From Chlorokybus atmophyticus (Eukaryota; Plantae; Mesostigma and Chlorokybus algae): a stretch of 64,000 nucleotides of DNA. The DNA lies in the NCBI GenBank assembly GCA_009103225.1, contig RHPI01003533.1, forward strand, positions 223,950 through 287,949. The letters are read 5' to 3'. The position numbers and the translations under genes are program-made. Positions 10,991 through 24,811 of this stretch are shown here, in pieces; the stretch's first letter is position 1; the number at the start of each line of letters is the position of its first letter. The notes below the pieces were generated by a model, which worked only from the letters and a program-made list of their open reading frames with translations, searched no databases and was not told where the DNA came from.

Positions 10991-13689
10991 TTAAAATCGA
11001 TGGGATGACAGTATTGTGTAGAGCCATGCTAGCGATTGAGATTTTGGTGAGTTCGACAAGTGCAGCCCATGATTCATCATCTTCAACTGGTGAAGATACA
11101 TTCTCCTCCTCAGCTTTGGGTTCCATGCAATTGAGGACTCCCCCTCGGCTGGGAGGCCTGCTCTTCCGAGGGAGGTGGATCGATTGGTGGGGAAGGTAGG
11201 TTAGCTGGTGGAGGAGGTGGGTCAGCGGATGGCCATGAGTCGCCATCGTAGTTAGATTGGTAGCGATGGGCTACCTCCAATGCCTGACGCAGAGCTTCGG
11301 CGGTGAGGGCACACTCCCAATTTGGTGGCGGTGATCCCCGTAGGCTGTAACGGGCATAATGGGAAGAAGGGCCACGTTACCTGCCACCAGGTGACACTCC
11401 GCATTGCTAAGGTTGCTGTTTTTAATTGGCGGCTGCTGTTCTTAATTACTTCCTTAAGGATTTTCTTTGTGCTTTATAGTTGGCCCTTTACTACTTATCG
11501 CAAGTTATGGGTCTCCTAATCATGTTCGTAATGGAAGATTATTCTCGAGGCTAGGCCTGTTGCTAGCATGCTTTCAAAGAAAGGGCTGCTGTCATCTTGG
11601 AACCCTCACAGCGTTTGCTCCCCTCACTCGTAGTTAGTCATCCACGGGGTTGGACCATTCAGTTGTTGAACCAAGTGAGCAGGAGGGGAAGCCAAACCAG
11701 TACGAAGTCCTCCAACCAGGCGGCGGCGGCGACAAAATGGCTGCCTCATTTCACAACGAGTTGAGCCAGTGCTACTTGGAGCTGACCCAAAGTCACACCC
11801 CATTTACAAGCCTTTAGACCCGGAGCGTTGACAGCACGATGCTGAGCTAGGTTGAGCATACAATGTTGGTGAGTGAAATGTGGTAGGGTGTCAAGGAGCT
11901 TTTCCATCCGACCGGCGATGGCGGGGTTCAACGCCAGTCCCATGGGTGCATTGCGTCGTGCAATCACACGAGACCAATTAACCTTATGAGGTGGTCCAGC
12001 GCCCATGCGTCTTGTATGATGTTATCGTCATTTGCCAAAGTGCCGTAGTAACACGCGTCTGCCATTTGCCGACCGTAAAAGAACGCGACATTGGTGAGCC
12101 GATCTTCATCGTGGGGCAAAAGGCGGGTACGCATATTGTCACGCCTGTGGGTTTGCAAACGGCCCCACCTAATGGCGTGCCTGTCACGCTTAAAGGGCTA
12201 GCGAAAGTCACTCTTAATTCTTTACTTATGTGGAAAGTTGGAGGGATTAAGTAAGATTTCGCATGCCATGGTGTGTAGCACTTGGCATGTATGCTTATGC
12301 GGTTAGTCCTTGTCTATTCAGTAGCTTGGGCTATGTAGCTGCGCAAGGCACTGTATATCAGCACGCTCAGGGCTGTTGGGTGCTATATGTTTTGCATGAC
12401 TTGTGGAGTGCTTGTCATGTGCCATTGGGGCAGCATAGGTGCTGCAAGTGGCAAATTGCAAGTCCGTAATGCGGTGTGCCCGTATGATGTGTTATGGACA
12501 ACTTCAGAATGGGTTGTGGCAGTTCACAAATTCGAGGTTCTGTGGTTGACAATTACAAGGTCTGATAGTCCTGAGGTTGATGTTCTGAGACAGGACAGGT
12601 CCTGTGCTAAACACAATCAGCATGTGCTGCTAGGTTAGCACATGCTAACAAGGCCTTGGACCTTCAAAATGCTGTGTGAAAAGTCGGGAGAGCGGCAAGT
12701 GGTATAAAACCTGAGTAGCAACCTTGAGTAGGGATCAGATCGTGTTCACCACTCAAGGGCCACTTGTGTGTGGGGTGCCTAGTTGTAGCTGTTGAAGGGG
12801 CTCTCCCCCTCATCCCTTGTGGGGTGTATGTGTGGCGTTTGTGGGTGGCCGCACTTGTGTGTGTGTGGGAGCTGTTGGAGGGCTGGCGGTCATCCTCTCC
12901 TACTGGACATTGGTGCAGTGTCTCCCCTCCGCGAGGTGCTGCACCTAAGTGTGTTGTGCATAAGTTCTTGCATGCTTATGCACAAGTTGGTGAGGCTCAC
13001 TCATGCACCAGCAGGTAAGTGAGTGGTATCATTACAGTGCCCCTCGACGCCTTAAAAGAGCTCAGCCTGTTGCCGATGCTCAGTGGGTGGAGTCAAGGTA
13101 GCAGAGACGCTTGGGCCGGCAGCGGCGGTGGAGGGAGGCGCTGCGGCTGTAACAACAATAAGTGCAATGGCCTCTACTAATGACGGCTCGGTCTGTGCTG
13201 TTACTATGCTAGTGGCCGGCTGTAGCCTCTGCCGGTGGAGAGATGGCTCTGCGTAAGTGTGGTGGGGATGGAGACCGGCTAGGTGGGGAATGCAGGAGCG
13301 AGTGGCGGGCTGCCCCAACAAACCGCGTGAAGGGCAGTAATCTCATGGTGAAGGGAGCCGCTCGTTGCTGGCGGCCACCTATGGTCGCGTGGCTCAGCAA
13401 GTTGCCAGCTGGTTACAGTTGAGGAGGTCCTCAAGCTCATCCCTCCGACTGCGCAAATATTCGATCTCGGCCCAAAGACTATCCCTTTTATTGTGAAGGT
13501 TAGGGTTGCCCCTGGCGACGTTGGCGATTTTGATGGCAGCCTTACCTCCAGTCTTGCTGCCATTGGAAGGGCCGGCCTTGCCCTTGCCCTTCCACTTGTC
13601 GTCGTTGTTGTTGTTGTTGTTATGGTCGGCGCAAGCACCGACTTAAAAGGTTTTGCTTTAAAGGCTTCCCTAAGTTCCGGATGCAAGCT

Positions 13690-14830
13690 CTGGATGCAAC
13701 GTATAGCACACAACCTCGCGATGCCCGTCCATGCCGCAGTGGTTGCAGTGGGCGTCAGCGCGTTGCACGGGGCAGTGTCTGATGAAGTGCCCTTCTTTCT
13801 CACACCGATGACATGTCATGTGAGCGATGTCCTCCGCGCGCATAACGGCATGGGCTGCGCGTGTGTGTTTGGGTGGTGCGGAGGTTAAGGCTGGAGTGGC
13901 GCCACTACTGCAATGTGCAAGGCCGCTGATTTTGAGCCGCTTGTTCTTGCATGAGGTCTTCTTACCAATACATAGCACGCATGTACGCCTATTACAAAGT
14001 GTAATTGGCGACGCCATTAAGGTCAGCCTCCACACATGTTTGCGCAGTGGTGGGTCCAGGTTCCCACATACACTCGGGCCAGGTGGTATGGGTTGACCAG
14101 TGGCATCTCGTTCAGGCTAGTGTCTTCAACCAAGTTGACAATGCACTCGTAGAACTGCACCGGTGTTTGCTTGGGCTTCCTTCTGAGCCCAATATGCTCC
14201 TGCCAGGAGACAGTGTGCCTTCTCAGCCGGATAGACTGGGAAGCGTTAGTTCAATCGTGAAACCAAGGTCGCCCAAAGTGACAATGGTGAGGCAAGGGTA
14301 GGGACATCCTCCTTAGCTGGTGACAAACGAGCTGAGGGAGGTGTTGCAGCAAGAGGGGCTGCTACCAAGGTGAGGGCGTAAGCGTGGATGGCTTCATTGC
14401 ATCGCTGGCCATAAGCCTCACTAGTCTCGTTTTCCCGCATCACCGGCGGCATAAAAGGTGTGGTGGTGACGGTGGTGCCCAACGCGCTGCTGCCAGTGTC
14501 GGTCACCGCTATGCGGGCGGATGGGAGTTTTTGTGCAATGCGTAGGGCGACTCGATGTGGCGCATGTGAGGCACCCAACCTCTCTGCAGCTAAGATAGTA
14601 GGGACTATAGTACAACTAGAACGAAGGAGTACCTCGTTCTCGAGAAGGTCATGCGCAGCTGCTACCTCGTGCCACACAGCTACGGCGACGTTGTTAGGGT
14701 AGTCAGCAGCGAGGATGAACTTCTACTTGCTATCCTTGCTGTCGCTTGCTCGCAGCTTCATTGTCAAGACAATTGAGTTGAAGCGGCTGAGATAGTCCTT
14801 TAACATCAAACCTGCGGCGCCATGAATACG
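13690..14830 (-). pseudogene. Gag with two CCHC zinc knuckles (disrupted)
   Basis: LMLKDYLSRFNSI; QTPVQFYECIVNL...LARVYVG.LDPPLRKHV; CHRCEKEGHFIRHC and CNHCGMDGHREVVC. Confidence 0.75.
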
Positions 14831-16354
14831 ATTGCAAGCTTCCTTCCGCTGCCACTGCTTCCATTGGTGCTGCGGTTGCCAGTAATGACAACCATGTTAT
14901 CTTCGCTTTAGGAGCCGAGGTCGCTATGGGAAGAAGGACAGAAGCTTGCAGCAATGAGTGGCATGAACCGCCCACTTTCTTGTCTGGTGAAGAGGGGATC
15001 TTCGGATTGAAGTCTGCTAGCGTGGTAGCAGGGCCTGGTCGCCTCCACCCGTTGGATGATCCTACTTGCCGGGTTCCCCATCTGAGTCCGCAATTTCAAA
15101 GACGCATGCACACGCATGCAAAAAACACGAACAAGGCATAACAAGCAAACACACTTAAAGTGATGACTATGCGCTGTGGAGTAAGCTGCAAGTCAACAAG
15201 CTCCTTGACTAAGGATGAATGTGGACAAGCAAACAGAAATCATGCAAGTGTGTTAGTGTGTGGTTCAAGTTTGCTAAGTTGTGCGAGTTTACGTACGGCA
15301 AGCACTCAACTAACAGCAAGCTAGTGGATGCCAACAACCGTGATTGTGGTTGTGCAAGGCATGCAAAGTACCGTGTTGGGCAGGAGGTGATGCAGTCCGC
15401 AGGCAACAGGGCGGAGGCCACGCCACAAAGTTAACAGCAATGCGCAAGAGAAAAAGGCAGAACAACCAAGAGCAGGCAAAGGCAAAGGAGATGGGTATAC
15501 AACAAGGGGGTTATGGCGTCAACTCCTATAAGTTCTATTCTCATACAAGGCAGCGTGCATGCACGCGGTTCGCCAAAGCTAATGGTGACTTTTGGAAGTC
15601 TTGGGAGTAACGCCGCCGCTTCCACGCCAGTCCGCTTACTTGCAACTTAGTACTGACCAATTCCTTAAAGTTTGCTTAAGCAAGCTATTGATGTCGGCCG
15701 CCGCCACTATTCTCGCTTCTCATCGGCTGACACCTAACAAGATATCGATGAGTCTTGTCACGCTGCCCGACGCCGTGTGAACCAGCTCGACCGATCCCGA
15801 TGCTCATGAGAGCGCACAAGGGGTGCGAGGGGGAAACACCGTGACACTGTCGAGTGTACACCCAACACTCTGCTACCTTTTCCGTCCGATGACATCAATG
15901 GATGATACATACATCTCACACCATGAACATGATATGCCATACATACGCACTTTGGCTAGCATTGGTTGCACGTGGCTTGTGCATGATTGGCAACATTGCA
16001 CATCACGTTATTGTTCTGTGTACATTTGAACAGCCGTGCTTTCGCTACTTCATCAAAGCCTTCACTATGCGTCGCACATCTTGACACGGGAAGTTGAAGA
16101 CGAGACACTACTTTGTTGCTGAGTGGTGTATTTGTGGTTGTGTAAATGAACCATACCATAGTCATCCACAGGTGCTTCGTGCAGGCTAGCTGGACGTTAG
16201 GCACTTCCACACAATCAGTTGCTTGATGGCACAAAGCAACAACCCAGCGTATGCCAGACCAGCAATTGTTCATGTGCTAGCTTATTGGGTGGCTAACTGT
16301 GGCCATGTTAGCTCTAGCACAAACAACATCACAAAGCGCTATGCACCTGACAAT

Positions 16355-19300
16355 CTATGCCAAAGCAGGTCTATAGAATGGGGAGCGCTCGCTCTGTTGT
16401 GTCCTTTGAGCCCAAGCCAAGAAAGAACCCGCTGACGACATGACAGCTGCCAACGACATGCACACGAGAAAGTTGAACCCACCAAAGCGATCCGCCAAAA
16501 GAGTAACACCCAACATTCCCTGCAAACGCAAGCAGGGGTAAGCTTGTTGATACTCACATAATTTGCACGAGCATAGCCTCGTCATACGACAACTACCATA
16601 CTCACCACTTCTGCCAGGGAGCACATTGCCGCCTCTGTTGAGCTCACAGTGCCTGCGAGCTCGCGAGGAACAGCGGTCTGATGGATTTGCAAGTGCGCAA
16701 CATCATGAACATAGAGGAACAGTCTTGATGCCACGACGCACAGCATTAACACAATCAGGGGCCCTTGCGAGCTAGCGCTCCCGCTTGCAAAGAAGGTAGC
16801 CACAGATACCGCCAGACATGCTGCCTTCATCAGCAGCGCTGTTGCAGCCGTCTACAATGACATGAACCACATGTAGAGTCAAGCTCACTGCCACAAACAA
16901 GGCACAAGATTTCGTCAAGTAGAACAATCTGACACTTGCAATGCTTACATTTACGATGCCAAGCCGACTGATGATGAGTGGTGAGATTAGAGTTGAGCAG
17001 AATCCAACGAAGGCGCAGCTTCCTCTGAACGCACCAACCGCACTTGGGGGTAAACCTGTTGTTGCATGCGCCAAGTTAGTGTGACTAGTAAATGTACTTC
17101 AACTGATTGCAACCGCATCTGTCAGACTCTTGATGCATGCAAGTCAAGAACTAACTGAGCCGTTTCAAGCACCTTTCTGTGTGAGAAAGGCAGACAAAAC
17201 TCCGCTTGGGGTAAGCACGGCATTGAAGTAAAGCAACACGTACGCCATGCTAGCGCCTGCCATGGGCTGTGACACATACACTTTCCAGGACTGCATCATG
17301 GTGTGCAACGGAGCAAGAAGCCCTGTGCTCACATGTCAGTATCGATCCAACCATTGTGCGCTACCACTGTACATCACCATTGAAACATTGATGCAACCTG
17401 ATGGTACAAGCAAGCACATCTTGTTAATACCTTGCTTACTTTGCAATGCATGCAACCAAGATAGACTTGAAGATGTGTGCTTTGGCAATCCACGCTTGTG
17501 AGGTTGCGCAAAGTGCACCGCTCGCTCCATAGCATCTTTTATGATGTCGCGCTCCAATGCCTTGGCCGCCCATCTCCTCACTCGATGCATGAAATACAGC
17601 TGCAGCCAACTGGCTTAGCAATGTGTATCAATACACCAATACAACCCCAGAAAGCATCTCCAACAATGCGCAACCAGTGTCAGTCCACGCACACACCTGC
17701 ACTGGCAAGCTCGCAACCACGCCACCAGCAATCACACCAACGCACAGCTTTGGCTGCAGGGCGGCCAGAGCGGCACCAACAATGATGGGACCAATCACTT
17801 CACATGTCAAGTCCAGCCGCCGCAATGTGGCATTTGCCTTTGCCAGACTCCGCGGCCGCTTTGGGCCTGCACAAAAGTGTCTTAGTTATGCAAGTAGTGG
17901 TAACACCTTCCTGACGATCTATCCACCCAAAACAAAAGCAGTGACAAAACTTCAACGCAACTCACCGGCAAGCTGCACAACCCAATCCCGCTCAAACGCC
18001 ACATCAGAACCCAAGGAGCAAAGCCTTTCCACCATACTCGCACCCATGAGCAGCCAAAACCACGGCTGAACAAGGGGCCTGCCAGCCCTAGCAGCCAAGG
18101 CAGCACCTCTACTTAGAGCAAAAAAGAGTGCCGCGCCCGCAACTGCCACCGCTGTAGCCTGCAAAATGTCGCAACCAGACTTGATGATGGCAATGGAATG
18201 AGCACTGCTATGCTTGTACACTAGTAAATGTTCATTGCTCTTCTGCGGTACCAATTTGGAGATATCCAATAGAGTGGTATTGATCACCACTACATGCGAT
18301 GACGGAGCAGACTGTCCGACCAAAAGCCTTAAGACAATGTACCTGTACAGACAGCAGAGCAGTCAACATGGGCACTCGTGGCGAACTATCCAACACCTGG
18401 CCAATCCATGGTCCTCCAAGAAACATGGTAGCCTGTGCACCCAATACAGTTAGCTTTGCATGTATGCAGTAACCATCATGTTGTTTACCATGTGGTAAAA
18501 TCTGCTGCGCGCAACTTCACACCTCAATTTACCTGCCCAACTAGCCCCAAAGCCGCCACCGACATGATGCCATTGGGCATTTGCGCCAGGCACAAAGGCA
18601 CTGCAAACCGCCATGTCCGTTCAACAGCACAAGACGCCCCGTATGATATGTACAAAGCCCGCAATGCGCGGGGATGCAACGGAGTGTCAAGTAAGCTCTC
18701 ATCCAATGTGTGCTCTCTCGCAACCTGTATATAGATCAACAACTCCGTAAATATCATGCTTAAGCTGCACTTCAGACCACAAGAACCAATCCACACCTCA
18801 TGAAAACAGCTGCATGTTGCAAGCGAAGAGCAGCAACAATCAATGGTGCGCACAAGAGCACTGGAATCCAAGCCCTATCGCCTTGGCTAACATTCACATG
18901 GTGTTCAACCAATACGACTTTGGAAAAAGCGCCCTACCTGCAGAGAAGAAATGAGCTGTTTCCTGCGCAATTCTGCCTCATCGGCGTTTTGCTTCGCCCT
19001 AAAAGAATCCCATCCGTCTAAAGACCCCAAACTATCGCTATCGGAGGGAGGAGGAGCAGCAGTGGGCAACGCGCAGCGATCCGCGGGAAGGCAGAGCAGC
19101 GGCGTCACCGGCCTTCGTTTGCTTCTAAATGCTGGCCTCCTCTGCCTGTGCCACAGTAGCCATGTTCACAACAAATGACACCACGCAAATCAACTGTTTA
19201 CCTGTCAACTGTTATGGCAGACAGCATAGCGCATGCGCAACCGCCCATTACAGTAGAAATGCACACAAGGCGAACAGAGCATGGAAGGGCATGAAAACAA

Positions 19301-19522
19301 ACAGGCTGGCATACTGGCCACGCTAACAGCCGCGCAGAGTTGGTATGACGGACAACACGTAATTGACAACACAAATCCAGATGCAGTGCCTGTCGATATG
19401 TTGCGCATGTGCTGCGATGTAATTGCGCTGATTTGCAACAGCCACGTAAAGCTGGCACGCACGCTGTGCAAGCGATGTAGAAGCAGTGGCCTACCTTTGC
19501 AGGTGCAGCTTGCTTCTGCCAT
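16355..19522 (-). CDS. IREG3: Ferroportin-family transporter, plastid IREG3/MAR1/FPN3 type (multi-exon; 5' end uncertain)
   Basis: Spliced exons give ALYISYGASCAVERTWRFAVP, GGPWIGQVLDSSPRVP, VQPWFWLL...AFERDWVVQLAG, RPRSLAKANATLRRLDLTCE, YVSQPMAGASMAYVLLYFNAVLTPSG, VASRLFLYVHDV, last exon 16355-16519 ending PALA*. These match plant IREG3/MAR1 as I recall it. The ATG at 19522 is a guess. Confidence 0.85.
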
Positions 19523-22500
19523 GATGCGAATTGAGCTGCGCCCCGCAGCCAGACACCACCTGGGCCAGCGCCACAGCCGCCGCCGCCATGCCGCCTGCCC
19601 GATCCACAAACCCTAATTAGCAGCAGCCTCACGCCTAGCCTTGCCACCAAGCCACCACCAGCACCAACACAGTCAACAGCGCCCACTGCGCCACCACAAA
19701 CACGCCACCTCCAACACTCTCCCAGCTCGCGCAAGCAATCGCCCTGCCGCCGCCGCCTCGTACGCCCACGCTGACGTCCTCAACCTCGCCGCCGCCGCCA
19801 GCCGCGGTCTAGACAGGTGGAAAGCAGTTACTGATAACAGTTAAGGCCACTCTCGAACCACACGCAGTAACCGTCGGTCAGTTTGACCAAAGTCTGGTCA
19901 GTGCCAGCAGTGATATAGCCCAAGGTAGCATTATCAATGCTGCTGGCGTGTGAGATGTTGGATACCACAGCTTTGGGTGACCAGAGCTAACTGAGCGACC
20001 ACCTGCGGTGTGCAGGTTGACCGAGTCGGCCAAGCCGGAGATCAGCGCCCGGATCGTCATGAACAGTGCAGTGTACTGCCCAGGTGCATCGGATGCCTCT
20101 TGATAGCAGCGCGCGTCAGCACTGTGCTTCAGGTTTATGGGATAAAAGCGCATTTGCTGGTTGGCTGATTTGATCCGCGCGGTTATCATTGTTGGCTCTG
20201 GAGCTTGTGACGTGGACGCGCCACGGCTGCTGGACTCGCCACCTGGGCAGGGCTTGCAGTGCCACTGCCAGTGGCCCACTGAACGCAGTGCTGTCAGCCT
20301 TGCCCGTATTGCGTAAGGGCAAGGCGGCACTCACCGTGCCGCCTACGCAGTAAGACCCTCACTCATTTTTATTATACTCTCGGTGAGCGGTAAGGGCGGC
20401 GGCGGCATGGCTAAACTTGACGACGGCGGTGACGTTGCTAAAGCGGATAGAGGCGGTGCAATGGTTGGCGCCATAGCGTTGCCAGGTGACGTAAACAGTG
20501 GTGGGAGTGCGCCGATGAGGAGAGGCTAGTGACAGGTGGCGGTGCTGTTGATGGGATTGCATATGCTGAAAGAGTGTTGAGTGAGGGGCGGCCAGCAACA
20601 GGTGGCGGTGCTGGTAATTGAGATGCACATGTGGTTGAGTTGACAAAGGGGGTGGTGGTGCAGGTAGCGCATACACAAGTGCAGGTGCATATATCCCTAC
20701 CCTCCCCACCCACGCCTCTCTCCTCTTTGTCCACGGCAGCGGCAGCAGCGGCGACATCGGTATGGACTTTCATGGATGCCGACGGCGTGCAAACCCTTGA
20801 CGACACCCCCCTGGTGATCGGAGGCAATAGCAGCAGCAGCGGCAGCGGCATCCACATCCACATCGGCGCTATCATTGATATCGATCGCGGCAGCCAAGTG
20901 CCCGGACGTGGCGCAGCTGGTTGCCCTCCAAGCTGCATTAGCGCATGTCACCACTCGACTCCGTAGTTCAGCCGGATCAAGCGGCGGCGGCGACGGTGGA
21001 GGCAGCAGCACTAAAAAAGATTGCCCTTTTTTAACGACTGATACAGCGCAAAAATGCATCTACTATGCAAGTTTTGTAACATCTGACTGTTAGATTGTCT
21101 GATGTGTCTTGTTAAGACAATCTGATGCTCAGACCGTGTACGGACATAATGCATCAAAATCTGATAGTCAGCTATATGCTTGTCGAATGTGCATATACAA
21201 TTTGTATGGAGCGATCGTGTAATTATAAAACGTTGGTGTGCTTCACACATGCTTATCTTTATTATTAGGTATATCAATTGGCACACGCAATATACAAACA
21301 TACATTCAATTTAAGAGAGGAGAGGACACTCGTGTGTTCACCAATTACCATATAGCTATACAACAATAAGCACAATGTTCTAGCAGCACTATGTGTACCT
21401 ATGTGCAGGCAATGAATTCACCCGGCCTCGCCACCGCTGTTGCTGCCTGCAATGCACATTTGTTAATACAACGCAAGCTAGCTTAATAACAAGGCTGCGC
21501 AAGTGCCTTCGGGAACGATCTACATGTTAACCACGCACATGAGCACATATGCATTGTCAAAGCAAGCTAGGCATGGTAACCATTAGTACGCCGCTCGCCA
21601 ACACGCCATTCCCCCACACACACGGACACATGCACTTGCAATATCAGACCGTGTACACACGCACACATACATGCGCACCCACATCGCAGTTGTGTGTGAG
21701 CAAGCCATCAACTGCAAGTGCAATGCCACACGCCCACACACGCGCACCCACACGGCCAGACGCCCGTGCAAGCACGTACGTACGCGCTCACCTGCCCACC
21801 GGCTCGCTGACAGGCGGCCGGCTGCGATTGCTTGCCTTCCTAGTGGCCGACCAAACGGCCACCACCAGTGCTGCAGTCACCACCCGGCCCACGGCTGCGA
21901 CCACCCGGCCGCCACCTCTGCCTCCAGCCGTTGCAGCCGGCAATCTGAATCTGGCCAGGGCTAGGGCTGATCTGCGGGCTGCTGACTTGCGTTCATGTCA
22001 TCACATGCATGTTACCGTATGGCACGTATGTGTGACAAATATAACACAATAACATAACTCACACGTGTATGAGTATTGAATTATACATACATATGCACAT
22101 GTACAAATATATACGCACACATATATACACACACATATATATATGTATAAATATATATACACACAACTGTTTTTTGTACAGACTACCCAAGGGGTTCAAG
22201 CATGTTTCCATCAGGGAGGCCGCAAAGAAATATTTGCTGAAAGTGTGTACAAATATATCTATATAAATGCAGCATCGAGCGATGAGCGGATGTGGGTTCT
22301 ATAGTTGAAGACGAGTGGCTGCGTGGTGAATGTTACAATTGAATACATACAAACAAGTGTTGTGTGTATGCATGTAATTGCTGCACTATAGCTAGCAGAC
22401 GTTCTATTTCGAAGCTTGTCATGCATGTACACCAATGAACACAAACGCACTCTACACGTACTCCGACGCACAGCTGCTCTGATTGTAAAATGTTCAGGTA

Positions 22501-23731
22501 TCCACCTCTCTCAGCTTATCAATTACCTTCTAGTTGCGACCACATGTGCTGAAAAAGTTTCAGACATGGTCTCAGGTGGTCTTTGATGAGGTGGTTTTTG
22601 ATTGTCAGGTGTATTTTGTCCTTATTAGACACCTTAGGGCTATCCGCCGACGTTTTCGTACAGCCTTGCACACACGCACACGTTGGCTGCCGCACCTGAT
22701 CGTCATCAATGTGTCGCACTGCTTGCGGCGTCACGCTCACATCGGAGGCGTCGCATTTGTTTTGCTGCCCGATGGGGCGGCACCGCCACGCATGACGCGT
22801 TGCGCGACGAGATGTAAGGTATCATGCGTGACGCCGACATCGTCGTCAGCAGGGAGCTGGTTGGTTTCATGCCGTTTTAGAAGGACGAAGCGCGCGGGCG
22901 ACGTGTCGATGTGGTGGCGTTGACGCCTGGCTGCTGCTGGATGTGAACGTCACGGCTTGTACGGAGCAGCCAGGGGCGGCGGTGCGTCACGCCGAGTTGT
23001 CGAAGCGCAGGATGTAACAGTCAAGGCCAAATTCTGTGATTTTCATGGCCGTTTTAGGCCTTATTTGTAAGGTACATGTTTTTAATGACTTGTGGTGGAT
23101 ATCGGCGAGTTATGAGTCTGCCGCGGATATCGACTGGGGCCCCAAGACCAGTCCGGAAGGTGCCAGAAAACGGAGGGCCAGTCGAGAAGGGCTCGACCAG
23201 ATTTCTGGAAGGGCCTGGCGCCAAGTAGTATAACTTGACCATATGAGCAGCAAATTATGAGATCTTTGGTGCGTTGGAAAGGTCTAGAAGTGTACTACAA
23301 GATTCTGCAAGAATATCTTAGCTTCTAGTTCCGTCTAGCGCTAGAATCGTCTAGACAGTAGCATGTGCAGACTGGTAGGTATAAAAGTGACATTTCACAA
23401 TTTGCAATACAACCTTTAGCTCCCTAGTTAGTTTCTTGTGTGCAAGCTTGGTGGTGGCTAGCAGGGGTTGCTAGCGTGTGTCCACCGGTGTGTGCTTGCT
23501 TGTGTGACGATCCAAGGCGCTACACAAGTCGGTGTGTAGCTTCGAGCGCATGCGCGTGCGTACGCGAGAGGCGGGGCGCGCGTGTGTGCTTGGCAGAGGG
23601 GGCAAGGTTCCGGTGTGAATACCGTGTCTTGGTGAGAGGGTTGTTGATTGGACCAACTCACAGGTGACAAGGCACGAGCACCGTCACAACTGGTATCGGA
23701 GCACTGTTTACAAAGGTGAGAGAGGAAGTGT

Positions 23732-24811
23732 GTGGGCGATTACACTTTTCATTCGGAAGCGGAGTGTAGTGTGTTAGTGGAGATGGAGGATGCTCGCATG
23801 GAAGAGCTTCAAGCTGCCATCTTAGCATTAAGAGAAGAGCTTCATCACACTCAAGCGGCGGCACAAGCACAACGCGAGGCGTATGAGCATGCGATGGCGC
23901 GTGTACAAATTCCCATGGCATCAAGCTCGCGCGTGCATGTGAAGGTGCCAAAGCCCAAGCCATTCAGGGGTCAACGTGATGGAGATGCAGTGGATGAATG
24001 GATTTTTCAAGTATCGTCTTGGTTGAAGCTCACGGAGGTGCCCACGCATCTGCACGTGGAGGTTGCAGCGACATTGCTTGAAGGTGCAGCACTTGTGTGG
24101 TGGAGGCATCGATGTACACGTGTTGCAAACGGGTTGGCGCTACCATTGACCACCATGGAAGAATTGGCACTGGAGGTCAGGCATCAATTTGTTCCCGTTG
24201 AGAGCGTGAAGGCCGCACGCGACAAACTTGCAGCCCTTGTGCAAATGGGGTCGGTGATGGCGTACACGGCCGCGTTTCAGCGATTGGTGATGTCCATACC
24301 CAATATGACCGAGGAGGAGCAGTTGGACAGGTATACACGTGGTTTAAAACCTTTGGGGCGTAAAGAAGTGGAGCTACGGGACCCGAAGACACTCGCGGAG
24401 GCTATACGCATCGCGGAGCGTCTCGACGCGTTGTACTTCAAGTCCACCACAAGAAACACTGACTGGAGGCAAAGGCATGGTGATCAGCCCCGGGGAGGCG
24501 TTCAACATGCATGGAGACGAGGAGAACCAAGTTTAGCACTTGCAAATGGAGGTGGAGCTGACTGTGGGCCTGCACCAATGGAGGTGGGTGCCATACACAC
24601 ACATGGAAGTGAGGCGAAGCACGGCGGACGTGGTGAAAGAGGTAAAGGTGTGCGCAAGTGTTATGCGTGTGGGTCGACGGAGCATTTGGCGTACGGATGC
24701 CCAACACGAAGCATGCGAAGGCCAACACCGGATGGCAACCCTCGCCGTGATCGTCGCGTCAACACCATGGAGCAAAATGGCGTGGAGCAGGAAAACGACT
24801 TTCCCCAGTAG
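23732..24811 (+). CDS. gag: Chromovirus Gag (first ATG ~23784)
   Basis: PKPKPFRG...DEWIF, LLEGAALVWW, QMGSVMAYTAAF, CYACGSTEHLAYGC knuckle. Confidence 0.93.
   Translation: MGDYTFHSEAECSVLVEMEDARMEELQAAILALREELHHTQAAAQAQREAYEHAMARVQIPMASSSRVHVKVPKPKPFRGQRDGDAVDEWIFQVSSWLKLTEVPTHLHVEVAATLLEGAALVWWRHRCTRVANGLALPLTTMEELALEVRHQFVPVESVKAARDKLAALVQMGSVMAYTAAFQRLVMSIPNMTEEEQLDRYTRGLKPLGRKEVELRDPKTLAEAIRIAERLDALYFKSTTRNTDWRQRHGDQPRGGVQHAWRRGEPSLALANGGGADCGPAPMEVGAIHTHGSEAKHGGRGERGKGVRKCYACGSTEHLAYGCPTRSMRRPTPDGNPRRDRRVNTMEQNGVEQENDFPQ

Larger units (their letters stand above)
6400..14900 (-). mobile_element. Decayed Ty3/Gypsy LTR retrotransposon with order Gag-(unknown)-PR-DNMT-RT-RNaseH-IN; LTRs not identified
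   Basis: Minus-strand translation gives all domains in Gypsy order through many stops and frameshifts (see sub-features). That Gag belongs to the same element is inferred from strand and order; a gap (10256-10349) and an ~800-bp non-coding insert (~12240-13035) intervene. Confidence 0.8.

Noticed and set aside
12230-13035. Possible solo LTR (TATA-like ggtataaaac at ~12703, ends ...ttaca)
   Set aside because: No TG...CA pair with a matching TSD and no second copy in the window; left uncalled.
23036-23670. Short ORFs (60-75 aa) repeated at 23.0-23.7, 28.4-29.1 and 48.7-49.4 kb
   Set aside because: They are incidental frames in three copies of the same LTR.
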